Shown piece by piece: positions 47,438-56,148 of a DNA stretch of 64,000 bases (positions are counted from its first letter, which is position 1; each line of letters starts with the position of its first letter). Origin of the DNA: Chloroflexota bacterium (GTDB lineage Bacteria > Chloroflexota > Ktedonobacteria > Ktedonobacterales > JACDGC01). Made by a program: the position numbers and the translations under genes. Location: NCBI GenBank assembly GCA_021778805.1, contig JAJYBV010000001.1, positions 12,639-76,638 of the forward strand, given 5' to 3'. The notes under the pieces are model-generated. The model was not told the DNA's origin, did not search any database, and worked only from the letters and a program-made list of their open reading frames with translations.

Positions 47438-48328
47438 ATGTTACCAATGCATCTACTGTGGGATATATTGCGCCGCAAAACTATACCATTAGCGCTTTTT
47501 GCCGCAATTTGCAGCAGCGGATTAGCATATTCCGCTTATTCGGCGCTGCAATCGGCGGCAAGTTGCCCCACATACACCATACACGCCGGTGACACATTAA
47601 ATAATATTGCGAACCGCTATCACACCACATCAAATTATCTGGCGCAGTTAAACCATATCCGCAATATTAATATCATATTTATAGGCCAAACTATTTGTGT
47701 CGGCGCGCCATATATTGGTTCAGCTCCGGCGCCGCAGCCAAGTCAAGGCGTATGTTTAGTGGGCATAACGGTTGTTCGCGGAGAAACATTATTTCAACTG
47801 GCGCAGCAATACCACACATCGGTATCATATTTAGCGCAAATTAATAATTTGCGCAACATCAACACAATTTATGTGGGTGAGTGGCTGTGCATGGCGCGTT
47901 CTGGAGGATATTCATCTGTATATGGCGATTTACAGTGGGCTACTCAGCCGCAAGTTCGCCAAACATTGCTGGCTGCCGCAGATCGCAACGGGCTGCCGCG
48001 CAATTTAGTATTGGCAATAGCTTGGGCGGAAAGCAATTGGACCCAACATGTTATTTCGTGGGATGGTGGAATCGGCGCAATGCAACTGATGCCATATACT
48101 GCAAATTGGCTGAACAATGCAATGCACACCAATTATAATCCCTACTATCTTTATGACAATGTACAGTTAGGCACTTCATATTTGCGTTTTTTATGGAATA
48201 CATTTAACGGAAATTTAACCGATATTATCAGCGCTTATAATGAAGGCGCTTATAATGTAAAAACACGCGGCATATTTAATTGGTTCTATGTCAATCGGGT
48301 AGAAAACTATATCCGGCTATTTTCCTAA
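47438..48328 (+). CDS. Secreted 2x LysM + lytic transglycosylase (SLT) protein
   Basis: Signal/anchor sequence, two LysM repeats (YTIHAGDTLNNIANRY..., VVRGETLFQLAQQY...) and an SLT core, LAIAWAESNW...GAMQLMP. RBS aagggag. The ORF track start at 47258 is an extension. Confidence 0.8.
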   Translation: MLPMHLLWDILRRKTIPLALFAAICSSGLAYSAYSALQSAASCPTYTIHAGDTLNNIANRYHTTSNYLAQLNHIRNINIIFIGQTICVGAPYIGSAPAPQPSQGVCLVGITVVRGETLFQLAQQYHTSVSYLAQINNLRNINTIYVGEWLCMARSGGYSSVYGDLQWATQPQVRQTLLAAADRNGLPRNLVLAIAWAESNWTQHVISWDGGIGAMQLMPYTANWLNNAMHTNYNPYYLYDNVQLGTSYLRFLWNTFNGNLTDIISAYNEGAYNVKTRGIFNWFYVNRVENYIRLFS

Positions 48329-48340
48329 TCAATAGCAATA

Positions 48341-48434
48341 GTCGCACTACCGGATTGCGTACCGCGCCGGCAAAACCTCAAGGGATTCGTAAGGGGCAGC
48401 AGCCCCTTGCGCGGGGCTTGGGGTGTCCCCAAAA
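48341..48434 (+). repeat. Repeat locus VI: module-B fragment plus module A downstream of the LysM-SLT gene
   Basis: gtcgcactaccggattgcgtaccgcgc (48341-48367), then gggattcgtaaggggcagcagccccttgcgcggggcttggggtgtccccaaaa (48382-48434). Confidence 0.85.
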
Positions 48435-48538
48435 TATCTTTTATTAAAAAAACTCCGCGCGTCTGCAAAAGCAGCATGATAGCAGCAATATGATACAATT
48501 GGGTTGAAAGCATATTACGCAAAGGAGCGATTTTACAT

Positions 48539-49684
48539 ATGTCTACCGACACCAATACAGATGAAGCGCGAATGATTTTAGAGATGGTGCGTGATTTAGC
48601 CCGCACACGTATACAACCGCGCGCCGCGGAAATAGATGAAAAAGGCGAATTTCCGTGGGATATGAAACAACTACTGGCGGAGCAAGGCATTTTAGGCTTG
48701 CCATTTGCCGAAGAATATGGCGGATCCGGCGCAAGTGAACTGACTATTTTACAGGTAATTGAAGAAATTTCCAAAAGCTGCGCAACTACTGCCCTGATGC
48801 TGTGTGTACAGCAACTGGGATCACTGCCTATTGAATTAGCCGGTACACCGGAGCAGAAAAAAAGATATTTTCCCGGTTTGGCCAGCGGCGAATGGCTGGC
48901 GGCTTATGGGCTAACCGAACCCGGTTCCGGATCTGACGCCGGAGCAATGACTACCCGCGCCGAAAAACGCGGCAATGAATATGTATTGAACGGCATGAAA
49001 CATTTTATTACCAACGCCGGATTAGCCCATGTAAATGTAATATTTGCCAAAACAGATATGGAGGCTTCCGGAACTCGCGGCGTAAGCGCCTTTGTGGTTG
49101 AAGGAGATCGTCCGGGCTTCCGTTTAGGGCATGTGGAACATAAAATGGGTATTCGCGGCTCACAAACCGGCGAATTAATTATGGAAGATTGTATTATCCC
49201 TGCGGAAAACTTATTGGGACGTGAAGGAGACGGTTTCAAAATCGCCATGGCAACCCTGGACCGCACTCGTCCCGGCGTCGGCGCACAAGCGCTGGGCATC
49301 GCCCAAGGCGCATTGGATTTTGCCGTGCAATATTCTAAAACACGAAAACAATTCGGCAAACCAATAGCCGATAACCAAGGCATTCAATTTATGTTTGCCG
49401 ATATGGAAGCAAGCGTAGAAGCAGCAAGGCAATTGATATATAACGTTGGCCGTATGATCGATTCCGGCAGCAAAAATTTTGGCAGACAATCTGCCATTGC
49501 TAAATTGTTTGCCTCTGATATGGCTATTCAAGTAACGAGTGACGCCATTCAAATATTAGGCGGATATGGGTATATGCGAGAGTTTCCGGTAGAACGCATG
49601 ATGCGTGACGCGAAAATCTGCCAAATTTATGAAGGCACAAACCAAATTCAACGAATGGTTATCGCTCGCGATCTGTTAAAATAA
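48539..49684 (+). CDS. Acyl-CoA dehydrogenase (short/butyryl-chain-like)
   Basis: 381 aa. Contains YGLTEPGSGSDAG, GIRGSQTGEL and QILGGYGYMREFPVERMMRDAKICQIYEGTNQIQ. Confidence 0.92.
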   Translation: MSTDTNTDEARMILEMVRDLARTRIQPRAAEIDEKGEFPWDMKQLLAEQGILGLPFAEEYGGSGASELTILQVIEEISKSCATTALMLCVQQLGSLPIELAGTPEQKKRYFPGLASGEWLAAYGLTEPGSGSDAGAMTTRAEKRGNEYVLNGMKHFITNAGLAHVNVIFAKTDMEASGTRGVSAFVVEGDRPGFRLGHVEHKMGIRGSQTGELIMEDCIIPAENLLGREGDGFKIAMATLDRTRPGVGAQALGIAQGALDFAVQYSKTRKQFGKPIADNQGIQFMFADMEASVEAARQLIYNVGRMIDSGSKNFGRQSAIAKLFASDMAIQVTSDAIQILGGYGYMREFPVERMMRDAKICQIYEGTNQIQRMVIARDLLK

Positions 49685-49715
49685 TCTGAGGCTGCTTTCT
49701 TGGCAATATAAAAAA

Positions 49716-49750
49716 GGCCGGCGCACAAATATTTGTTGCGCCGGTTTTTC
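49716..49750 (+). terminator. Rho-independent terminator after the acyl-CoA dehydrogenase gene
   Basis: ggccggcgcacaaatatttgttgcgccgg followed by ttttt. Confidence 0.75.
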
Positions 49751-49854
49751 TGTACTAAAAAAAATAAGCTTTTCCGCAGGAAATTGCCCTTTCACATCTA
49801 TTGACAATTCAACCAATCAGTTTTGTGGATGTTGATTGCAAGTTGCCCAAATTG

Positions 49855-50334
49855 CTAGCGCCGCAATGTAATTCCAAGTATAAACAGCAATAAAATAACC
49901 GCAGCAACGGCAAAAAAGGCGCCATAGCACCCCATATTCGCCACACGTTTATTGTATAGCGCCTGCTGCAGTTGTTCTTCCATATTTTCAGGATCAAATA
50001 GGATATGCGGCGCAATGACGCGAATACGCGAAACCATCTGAATAAAATCACGAACATTCGTCATGCCTTCAGCGGCAATAATAGTTGTATCGTCAGTGAA
50101 TTGCAGCAGCAGCAGTAATTTACTGGGTAAATGTTCCCCCGGTGTCAGGGAAATTTTTTGAATTGCGCTTAGCTCAAAATTATCTGAATTGCCTTCTTCA
50201 CGCGCTAAAAACTCAATAGAGCTTGGGTATAAAATAATCTCTTTCGCTAAACCATACCGCACAACACATAAAACATCATTCGGTCCATTACCAGCGCCGT
50301 TGATTTCGGCAATTTTTTCATCCATGAAATACAC
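49855..50334 (-). CDS. Hypothetical protein with a C-terminal TM anchor (possible bacterial PH-like fold)
   Basis: 159 aa. The GTG start overlaps the upstream TAG by 1 nt, with an alternative ATG at 50325. The C-terminal segment is GCYGAFFAVAAVILLLFILGI. The family assignment is tentative. Confidence 0.4.
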   Translation of the reverse strand: MYFMDEKIAEINGAGNGPNDVLCVVRYGLAKEIILYPSSIEFLAREEGNSDNFELSAIQKISLTPGEHLPSKLLLLLQFTDDTTIIAAEGMTNVRDFIQMVSRIRVIAPHILFDPENMEEQLQQALYNKRVANMGCYGAFFAVAAVILLLFILGITLRR

Positions 50335-50840
50335 TAACCAGCGTGCACTGATATATTATTAGACTTATTTGCGCACATCGTCTTTTTCGTGCCGCGCAGC
50401 AACAACACACGAATGTCGGTATTGCGCATAATATAAAGCGCAGTATCATCGATTTCGTTTTGGGAATTTTGATAGGTTTCGCCGATAATAATATCTGTAC
50501 ACCTATAAGTTTTACTCAATTCAATAACCGCGTCACCCACTTTGTATGAAAACAAATTACTATCTTCAACAGGGACAAAATAATTTTCAAGAATTGTCGC
50601 TAACTCTTTGAAGTGCTGCTTCTTTTCCTGAATAGTTTTCTCAGATGGGCGTATCCCTTCATCTCTGGGTAAAGGAACCGCATAATGAATAACAACTTTA
50701 GATTTTAATTGCTTGGCCAATCCACAGGCCATACGCAAAACTTCTTTGTTTAAATCATCATCTTGATTAATAACAGCGAGTACAGCTGATTTCTGTTCGC
50801 CATTTGGAGGCAATGAGTCATTCTTTGCGTCGATAGCCAA
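50334..50840 (-). CDS. Universal-stress-protein-like (adenine-nucleotide alpha-hydrolase fold) protein
   Basis: 168 aa. The VLAVINQDDD...VVIHYAV...DIIIGE...VLLL layout resembles USP. The match is weak. Confidence 0.35.
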   Translation of the reverse strand: MAIDAKNDSLPPNGEQKSAVLAVINQDDDLNKEVLRMACGLAKQLKSKVVIHYAVPLPRDEGIRPSEKTIQEKKQHFKELATILENYFVPVEDSNLFSYKVGDAVIELSKTYRCTDIIIGETYQNSQNEIDDTALYIMRNTDIRVLLLRGTKKTMCANKSNNISVHAG

Positions 50841-51194
50841 GATAACACCTCAATAACATTTCAAAACATAGCGGAAACAAATAACAGCATATCAACCTCG
50901 ATTTGCCGTTGTATCTTTTTGCTGCTCGCGCCGCAGCTTTATTTCCGTCGCAAATTTTTTGCCAATTTTTTTACAAATGAACGCCAAACGTTCGGAAAAA
51001 TCTATTCTTTAAAGCCAATAGCTATTATAACAGGTATTATTTGTAATTTCAAGCCCTTGGCGCCTTTATTCTTCGGAAATTTCGGTTTATTATTCCTGAA
51101 TTACACAAATATTCCCAACGCCGCCGAAGCATTTGCGCATAATGATCTGCAGCGCTCAAATATCTCGAAATAGCAACAATAATGTTGTATAGTA

Positions 51195-52838
51195 TTGGCA
51201 GACTTAATTTTTGAGATATGTGTCATGAGTTTTTTTCTCGGCGCGCTGCGGATTATTGGGTATAGCCCAAATCAAAATTATTCGCGCTCCGCTATGTTAT
51301 CACAAACATGGCTATTCCCATTATCAGCCACCGATACAACAATCGGAAGCAGCATTAGCAGCGCTATTATCATACAAGATCCTGCTGTGCCGGCTGAATT
51401 TGCAACGATACAATTTCGCGATCCAAGCTGGTTTATAGAAGGCGCTGCTGAGGTTGAAGAAATTTCTGTTAACGATCAAAATGTTCAAGTCAGCTCTGCT
51501 GCGCCACTTGCTCCGGGTGATATTTTTCAAGCTGGCAGCGTGCTCTTGCAATTAGTTGCTCCACAATATCGCGGCGAAACTGCTGCGGCAACCACACCTG
51601 CGCTGCAATCTTATTTACCACTGCTGCAACGCACGCCATTACAAGATTTTCTGAAAAATCGCCGCTGGCTGCTGATGGTTCTTGGGTTTAGCGCGCTTAG
51701 CATTTTTTTATCCGCAATTGTGGATGTTATTGGGGTAATACTATATCCCAGTTCACTCATCTTTAATATCAATATTATTGTGGCGCTTACTGCGCCTTTA
51801 GCGCCGGTTTTTGGCGTATTGGGGCTAATCGGCTATATTGATAGGCACGAACGGCATTCATGGCGCCTGCAAGTCATTATTTTTTTATGGGGATTAATTG
51901 TTGCCCCACTTATCTCCGATTTTATTGAACAAAAAATCCGCGACGCCATTTTTATGCTGCCGCTGGATAATTTGCCACGAATTTGGATGACATTGCTGCA
52001 AAATATTTTATTAAGTTTTAACGCCGGTTTTTTTGAAGAATGCGCAAAAGGCATTATTCTTCTTATTATTATGTTTTGGATTAAATCCCATATCCGGAAC
52101 GCCGCCGACGGCATTTTATATGGCGTTATCGTTGGCGCCGGCTTTGGTTTGATTGAAAATATTATGTATATTGCCAGCGCCGATTCGTTGCCGCAACTGC
52201 TTACCCTTATTGTCGGCAGAGTTATTCTTGGCTGGCTGGGACACTCTACATTTACCGCCTGTTTTGGCGCATATATTGGAATGGAACAGGAAAATCCCGA
52301 TATTTTCCGTCCCTGGCTTAAACCATTGATTGGCTTTTCAGCGGCGTGCGGCATTCATACGCTCTTCGACTTTTTTTTGTTTGAGGCAAACTCTGCGCAG
52401 AATTATTTTAATACTCCGGCCTTCGATCTCCTTGCAGGGATTTTTTTTGTTGCGCTGGCCTATTTACTGCTTTTTAGTGTGCAAATTTATTTACTGCGTA
52501 TTATTTTCCTGTCTCTATCTCAGCAAAACGCTGTATTGCGCGAATATTTATGGAAAGATGTTGTACGCGGTATAATTACCCCTGAAGAATATGTTATAGT
52601 GCAACATGTAACATTGCGCCAAAGACTCGATCGCTCTTTGCTGCTTGCGTATAATTTTACCATCTGGCGCGCAGTAAAAAATACTTTAAATGATATTGTT
52701 TCTTTGGCTTTCGTGCTGCAGCGCATACATAGCGGCGCCCACAATTCAGACGATATTGCGTTAAGTGAGAATTTACGCAGCCGAATTATGCGCAGTCATG
52801 AACTGCTTGCCATATGGGAACAATTTGTACACTTTTAA
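51195..52838 (+). CDS. FHA-like N-terminal domain fused to a PrsW-family intramembrane metalloprotease
   Basis: PrsW motifs are FFEECAKG, GAGFGLIENIMYI and LGHSTFTACFG, across about eight TM helices. The N-terminal part, TIGSS...IIIQDPAVPAEFATIQF...ISVNDQNV...LAPGDIFQAGSVLLQLV, is FHA-like. The start is uncertain (51195, 51225 or later). Confidence 0.7.
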   Translation: MADLIFEICVMSFFLGALRIIGYSPNQNYSRSAMLSQTWLFPLSATDTTIGSSISSAIIIQDPAVPAEFATIQFRDPSWFIEGAAEVEEISVNDQNVQVSSAAPLAPGDIFQAGSVLLQLVAPQYRGETAAATTPALQSYLPLLQRTPLQDFLKNRRWLLMVLGFSALSIFLSAIVDVIGVILYPSSLIFNINIIVALTAPLAPVFGVLGLIGYIDRHERHSWRLQVIIFLWGLIVAPLISDFIEQKIRDAIFMLPLDNLPRIWMTLLQNILLSFNAGFFEECAKGIILLIIMFWIKSHIRNAADGILYGVIVGAGFGLIENIMYIASADSLPQLLTLIVGRVILGWLGHSTFTACFGAYIGMEQENPDIFRPWLKPLIGFSAACGIHTLFDFFLFEANSAQNYFNTPAFDLLAGIFFVALAYLLLFSVQIYLLRIIFLSLSQQNAVLREYLWKDVVRGIITPEEYVIVQHVTLRQRLDRSLLLAYNFTIWRAVKNTLNDIVSLAFVLQRIHSGAHNSDDIALSENLRSRIMRSHELLAIWEQFVHF

Positions 52839-52849
52839 TGAGAGAAGAT

Positions 52850-53200
52850 ATGACAGAACAAGAACTTGAAACATACAAAAGCAAACTTCAGCAGTTATCA
52901 CAGGAATATCTTGCACAGATACAAGATCTTGAAGATATAAACCGGGAAGAAACAGCAGATTTATTGGAAGAATCCGGTGATTCCGGCGATGAAGCGGCTG
53001 TGCTGTATTCGGAAAATACCTATGCTAGCCAAATTCAAACGCTGCATGAACTGCGGATTTTAGTTGAAGCTGCCTTGCAGCGCATTAACGCCGGCGCGTA
53101 TGGGCAATGTTTGGATTGCGGCCATGCTATCGACTTGCGCCGGCTTGCCGCCATACCGTATGCGCAATATTGTTTGCAGGATCAGGCAAAGCATGAGTAA
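52850..53200 (+). CDS. DksA/TraR-family C4 zinc-finger protein
   Basis: A coiled-coil N-terminus, then CLDCGHAIDLRRLAAIPYAQYCLQDQ (CxxC...C). Confidence 0.7.
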   Translation: MTEQELETYKSKLQQLSQEYLAQIQDLEDINREETADLLEESGDSGDEAAVLYSENTYASQIQTLHELRILVEAALQRINAGAYGQCLDCGHAIDLRRLAAIPYAQYCLQDQAKHE

Positions 53201-53281
53201 ATAGTGAAAGAAACAGCAAAATAACCTTGGCGGTTAATAAAACCGCCTAAATCAACAGATATTGAAGAAAGATGTCTATAT

Positions 53282-54037
53282 ATGAAAAATGCGCCTTTTA
53301 CTTCCGGCAATTCTACTCCCGATCTTTCTGCCGAATGGCAGCGCCGATGGGATGTATTAGTACTCGCCATAGCTATCGCCGTTATTGCCATTGATCAATT
53401 GTCAAAATCTATGATTGTCAACTATTTTCATACATGCGATTCCGGCAGTTATATTCCTGTAATCGGCAATATTCTCACTTTTACTTATGTGTGCAATACC
53501 GGAACTGCTTTCAGCATAGCAGCCGGATCCTCGGTGGTATATTTACTCATCGCAGTGGCAGTTGTTGTTATTGCCTGGTTATATCTTTCTAACCGGCCAA
53601 TCAATAATCCCACGTTAAAAATTACCTTTGGGCTTATTTTTGGCGGCGCCACAGGAAATATTATAGACCGCTATAACAGAGGCAGCGTTGTAGATTTCAT
53701 TCATTTTACGGTTCCTCATTTCGATTTTTATGTTTTTAATTTTGCCGACTCCTGCATTGTAGTTGGAATGGTGATTTTAGCCTATATGCTGCTGGTTTCA
53801 TCCCGCAGCAGCCGCGCGGATACAGCCACAAGCGACCTTATTGTTGACCACGCGGCGGAAACACAAGCGCCTGCGGAAATATCCGTTGAGGCTGCGCAGC
53901 CGCAAAAAAATACGGTTTCGGCCGCCGCAACAACTGCCACAGCCGTAAAATCACCGCAAAAACCCGCCGTATCGCCAATAAAAAAGTCTTCCGGCGCCAA
54001 ATCAGCCGCAAAATCAAAAACCAAACACAGGTCGTAA
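53282..54037 (+). CDS. lspA: Lipoprotein signal peptidase (signal peptidase II) with a C-terminal Ala/Lys-rich tail
   Basis: Contains DQLSK, NTGTAFSI, GGATGNIIDR, VVDFIHF and FNFADSCIVVG. Confidence 0.9.
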   Translation: MKNAPFTSGNSTPDLSAEWQRRWDVLVLAIAIAVIAIDQLSKSMIVNYFHTCDSGSYIPVIGNILTFTYVCNTGTAFSIAAGSSVVYLLIAVAVVVIAWLYLSNRPINNPTLKITFGLIFGGATGNIIDRYNRGSVVDFIHFTVPHFDFYVFNFADSCIVVGMVILAYMLLVSSRSSRADTATSDLIVDHAAETQAPAEISVEAAQPQKNTVSAAATTATAVKSPQKPAVSPIKKSSGAKSAAKSKTKHRS

Positions 54038-54044
54038 ACTAAAT

Positions 54045-55013
54045 ATGTCACCGGATAGCCTTGAACCAAATTTTACCTTTACCGTAATTGCCGACGCTGA
54101 AGACGCTGATACACGCATTGATGTGTTTCTAGCTCAGCACAGCGCCGTACTTTCGCGCGCACAAGCACAGCGTTTTATTCGCGAAGGCGCAGTTTTTGTA
54201 AACGGTAAATCGGTTAAACCTGGTTATACGCTGGATGAAGACGACATTATTCAAGCGGCCCTCAGCGCGCCGGATCTTTCAGCCAAACTGCCCGAACCGG
54301 AACATATACCCATTGATGTTGTTTATGAAGATGAATTTTTATTGATTGTAAATAAACCTGCCGGTATGGTCACCCACGCCGGGCCTGGTCATGAACACGG
54401 CACGTTGGTTAATGCGCTGCTGGGCCGCGGCCATGCCTTGGCAGAAACCGGAGTTTCATTTCGGCCCGGTATAGCGCACCGGCTGGATAAAGATACATCG
54501 GGGCTGCTAATCGTCGCTAAAACCGATGAAACGCTGCTGCTGTTAGGGCAAATGATGCGAGATCATACAATAGTAAAAGAATATATTGCCCTTGTTGCGG
54601 GCTATTTTACCCCAGCTGAAGGTGCAATTGATGCCCCCATTGGCAGAGATCCCCGCTTTCGGCAGCGCATGGCAATAGATTCTCAGCATGGCCGCAGCGC
54701 AATTACCCTTTATAAAACTGTGCAAATTCTGCGGGGAGCGTCGCTCCTTCGGCTAACATTGCAAACAGGGCGTACCCACCAAATTCGTGTGCATTGCGCG
54801 GCGGCAGGGCATCCGATTATCGGAGATTTGGTATATGGGCGGCCATATAAGCCGGAAGCTCCTCGCCAATTTCTGCATGCAGCCCATATAACCTTCCGGC
54901 ACCCCATAACCGGCGCGGAAATACTTGCTGAATGTCCTTTGCCGGATGATTTGGCCAATTATTTACATAATGCAAAAAAATCAAGCATGAACTATAGGCC
55001 TGAGTATACATAA
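54045..55013 (+). CDS. rluD: 23S rRNA pseudouridine synthase, RluA family (RluD-like)
   Basis: An S4 domain (RIDVFLAQH...SRAQAQRFIREGAVFVNG), plus HRLDKDTSGLLIVAKT and GRTHQIRVH. Confidence 0.88.
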   Translation: MSPDSLEPNFTFTVIADAEDADTRIDVFLAQHSAVLSRAQAQRFIREGAVFVNGKSVKPGYTLDEDDIIQAALSAPDLSAKLPEPEHIPIDVVYEDEFLLIVNKPAGMVTHAGPGHEHGTLVNALLGRGHALAETGVSFRPGIAHRLDKDTSGLLIVAKTDETLLLLGQMMRDHTIVKEYIALVAGYFTPAEGAIDAPIGRDPRFRQRMAIDSQHGRSAITLYKTVQILRGASLLRLTLQTGRTHQIRVHCAAAGHPIIGDLVYGRPYKPEAPRQFLHAAHITFRHPITGAEILAECPLPDDLANYLHNAKKSSMNYRPEYT

Positions 55014-55023
55014 CTCATTCAGC

Positions 55024-55106
55024 AGGAGGCGCAAAAAGCAGCATGCCTTCTGACGGGGCGGGGATGTCCCCCGATTCCTTTTATTCCTTGTTTAGGCTGA
55101 GGTCTC
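55024..55106. repeat. T-family element copy 3, downstream of rluD
   Basis: aggaggcgcaaaaagcagcatgccttctgacggggcggggatgtcccccgattccttttattccttgtttaggctgaggtctc. Confidence 0.7.
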
Positions 55107-55141
55107 TAATTTCATCAAATCCATTGTGAGGAATTTGATTC

Positions 55142-56146
55142 GTGAATATACACAGAGCGCGCGAAATACTAAACCATTTCAGCACATTGAAGATGCTTGT
55201 GGTCGGAGATATTATTGCAGATGAATACCTTGAAGGTGTTTCCACACGTTTATCGCGGGAAGCGCCGATACCCATTATCAACCAAACAAAAAAATATCTT
55301 GTTCCCGGAGGAGCCGCAAATCCAGCCGTAAATGCTCGTTCTCTTGGAGCGTCTGTTGCGCTGGCCGGTGTTATGGGGCAAGATGAATCCGGATCCATGC
55401 TGAAACATATTCTACTGCAATATGGCATTGATATTTCCTCAGCGCATATGGACGCCAAAAGACCAACCAGCTCGAAATTGCGTGTACTGGCAAGCAATAA
55501 CCAAGGAGTTATTCAACAAGTGGCGCGTATCGATAATATTGATACAACCCCGATCGATAGTTTGCTGGCTGAACGCATGCTGGCAGATCTTTTACCTAAA
55601 ATTGCCCAATTTAACTGCGTCATTTTATCGGATTACGATAATGGTTTTATGGGCTTACCTATTATAGATGGTGTGCTGGAAGCTGCCAGAAAACAACATT
55701 GTATTCTTACTGCCGACGCCCATGGCGGATTTGCGCGGTTTCAGTATGCTTCGGCCATTACACCTAATGAGCCGGAAGCTGAGATTGCCTCCGGAACACG
55801 AATATTTGATGAAAACAGTTTAAACACCGCCGGCGCAAAACTGCTCGAAATAACTCACGCCGAATCCGCGCTTATTACCCGCGGCAGTTCCGGCATGGCG
55901 CTGTTTCAACAATCGGGGAAAATAACCCACATCCCCGCCAGAAATATTACTGCCGCCGATACAACCGGCGCCGGAGACACCGTTGCAGCCGTATTTACCC
56001 TGGCCTTAGCCGCTGGGGCAGATCCTTTAGAATCCGCCGAATTGGCAAACGCTGCCGGCGCAATAGTGGTGCAGCGTCCGGGATGTTCTACCACAACGCA
56101 AGAAGAATTATTACATTTTATTGAAATTTCCGAAAGTGAAAACTAA
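55142..56146 (+). CDS. hldA: D-glycero-beta-D-manno-heptose-7-phosphate kinase (RfaE domain I, PfkB family)
   Basis: GTG start. Contains MLVVGDIIADEYLEGVSTRLSREAPIPI, GGAANPAVNARSLGA, TTGAGDT and the typical QQVARIDN. Confidence 0.8.
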   Translation: MNIHRAREILNHFSTLKMLVVGDIIADEYLEGVSTRLSREAPIPIINQTKKYLVPGGAANPAVNARSLGASVALAGVMGQDESGSMLKHILLQYGIDISSAHMDAKRPTSSKLRVLASNNQGVIQQVARIDNIDTTPIDSLLAERMLADLLPKIAQFNCVILSDYDNGFMGLPIIDGVLEAARKQHCILTADAHGGFARFQYASAITPNEPEAEIASGTRIFDENSLNTAGAKLLEITHAESALITRGSSGMALFQQSGKITHIPARNITAADTTGAGDTVAAVFTLALAAGADPLESAELANAAGAIVVQRPGCSTTTQEELLHFIEISESEN

Positions 56147-56148
56147 CT

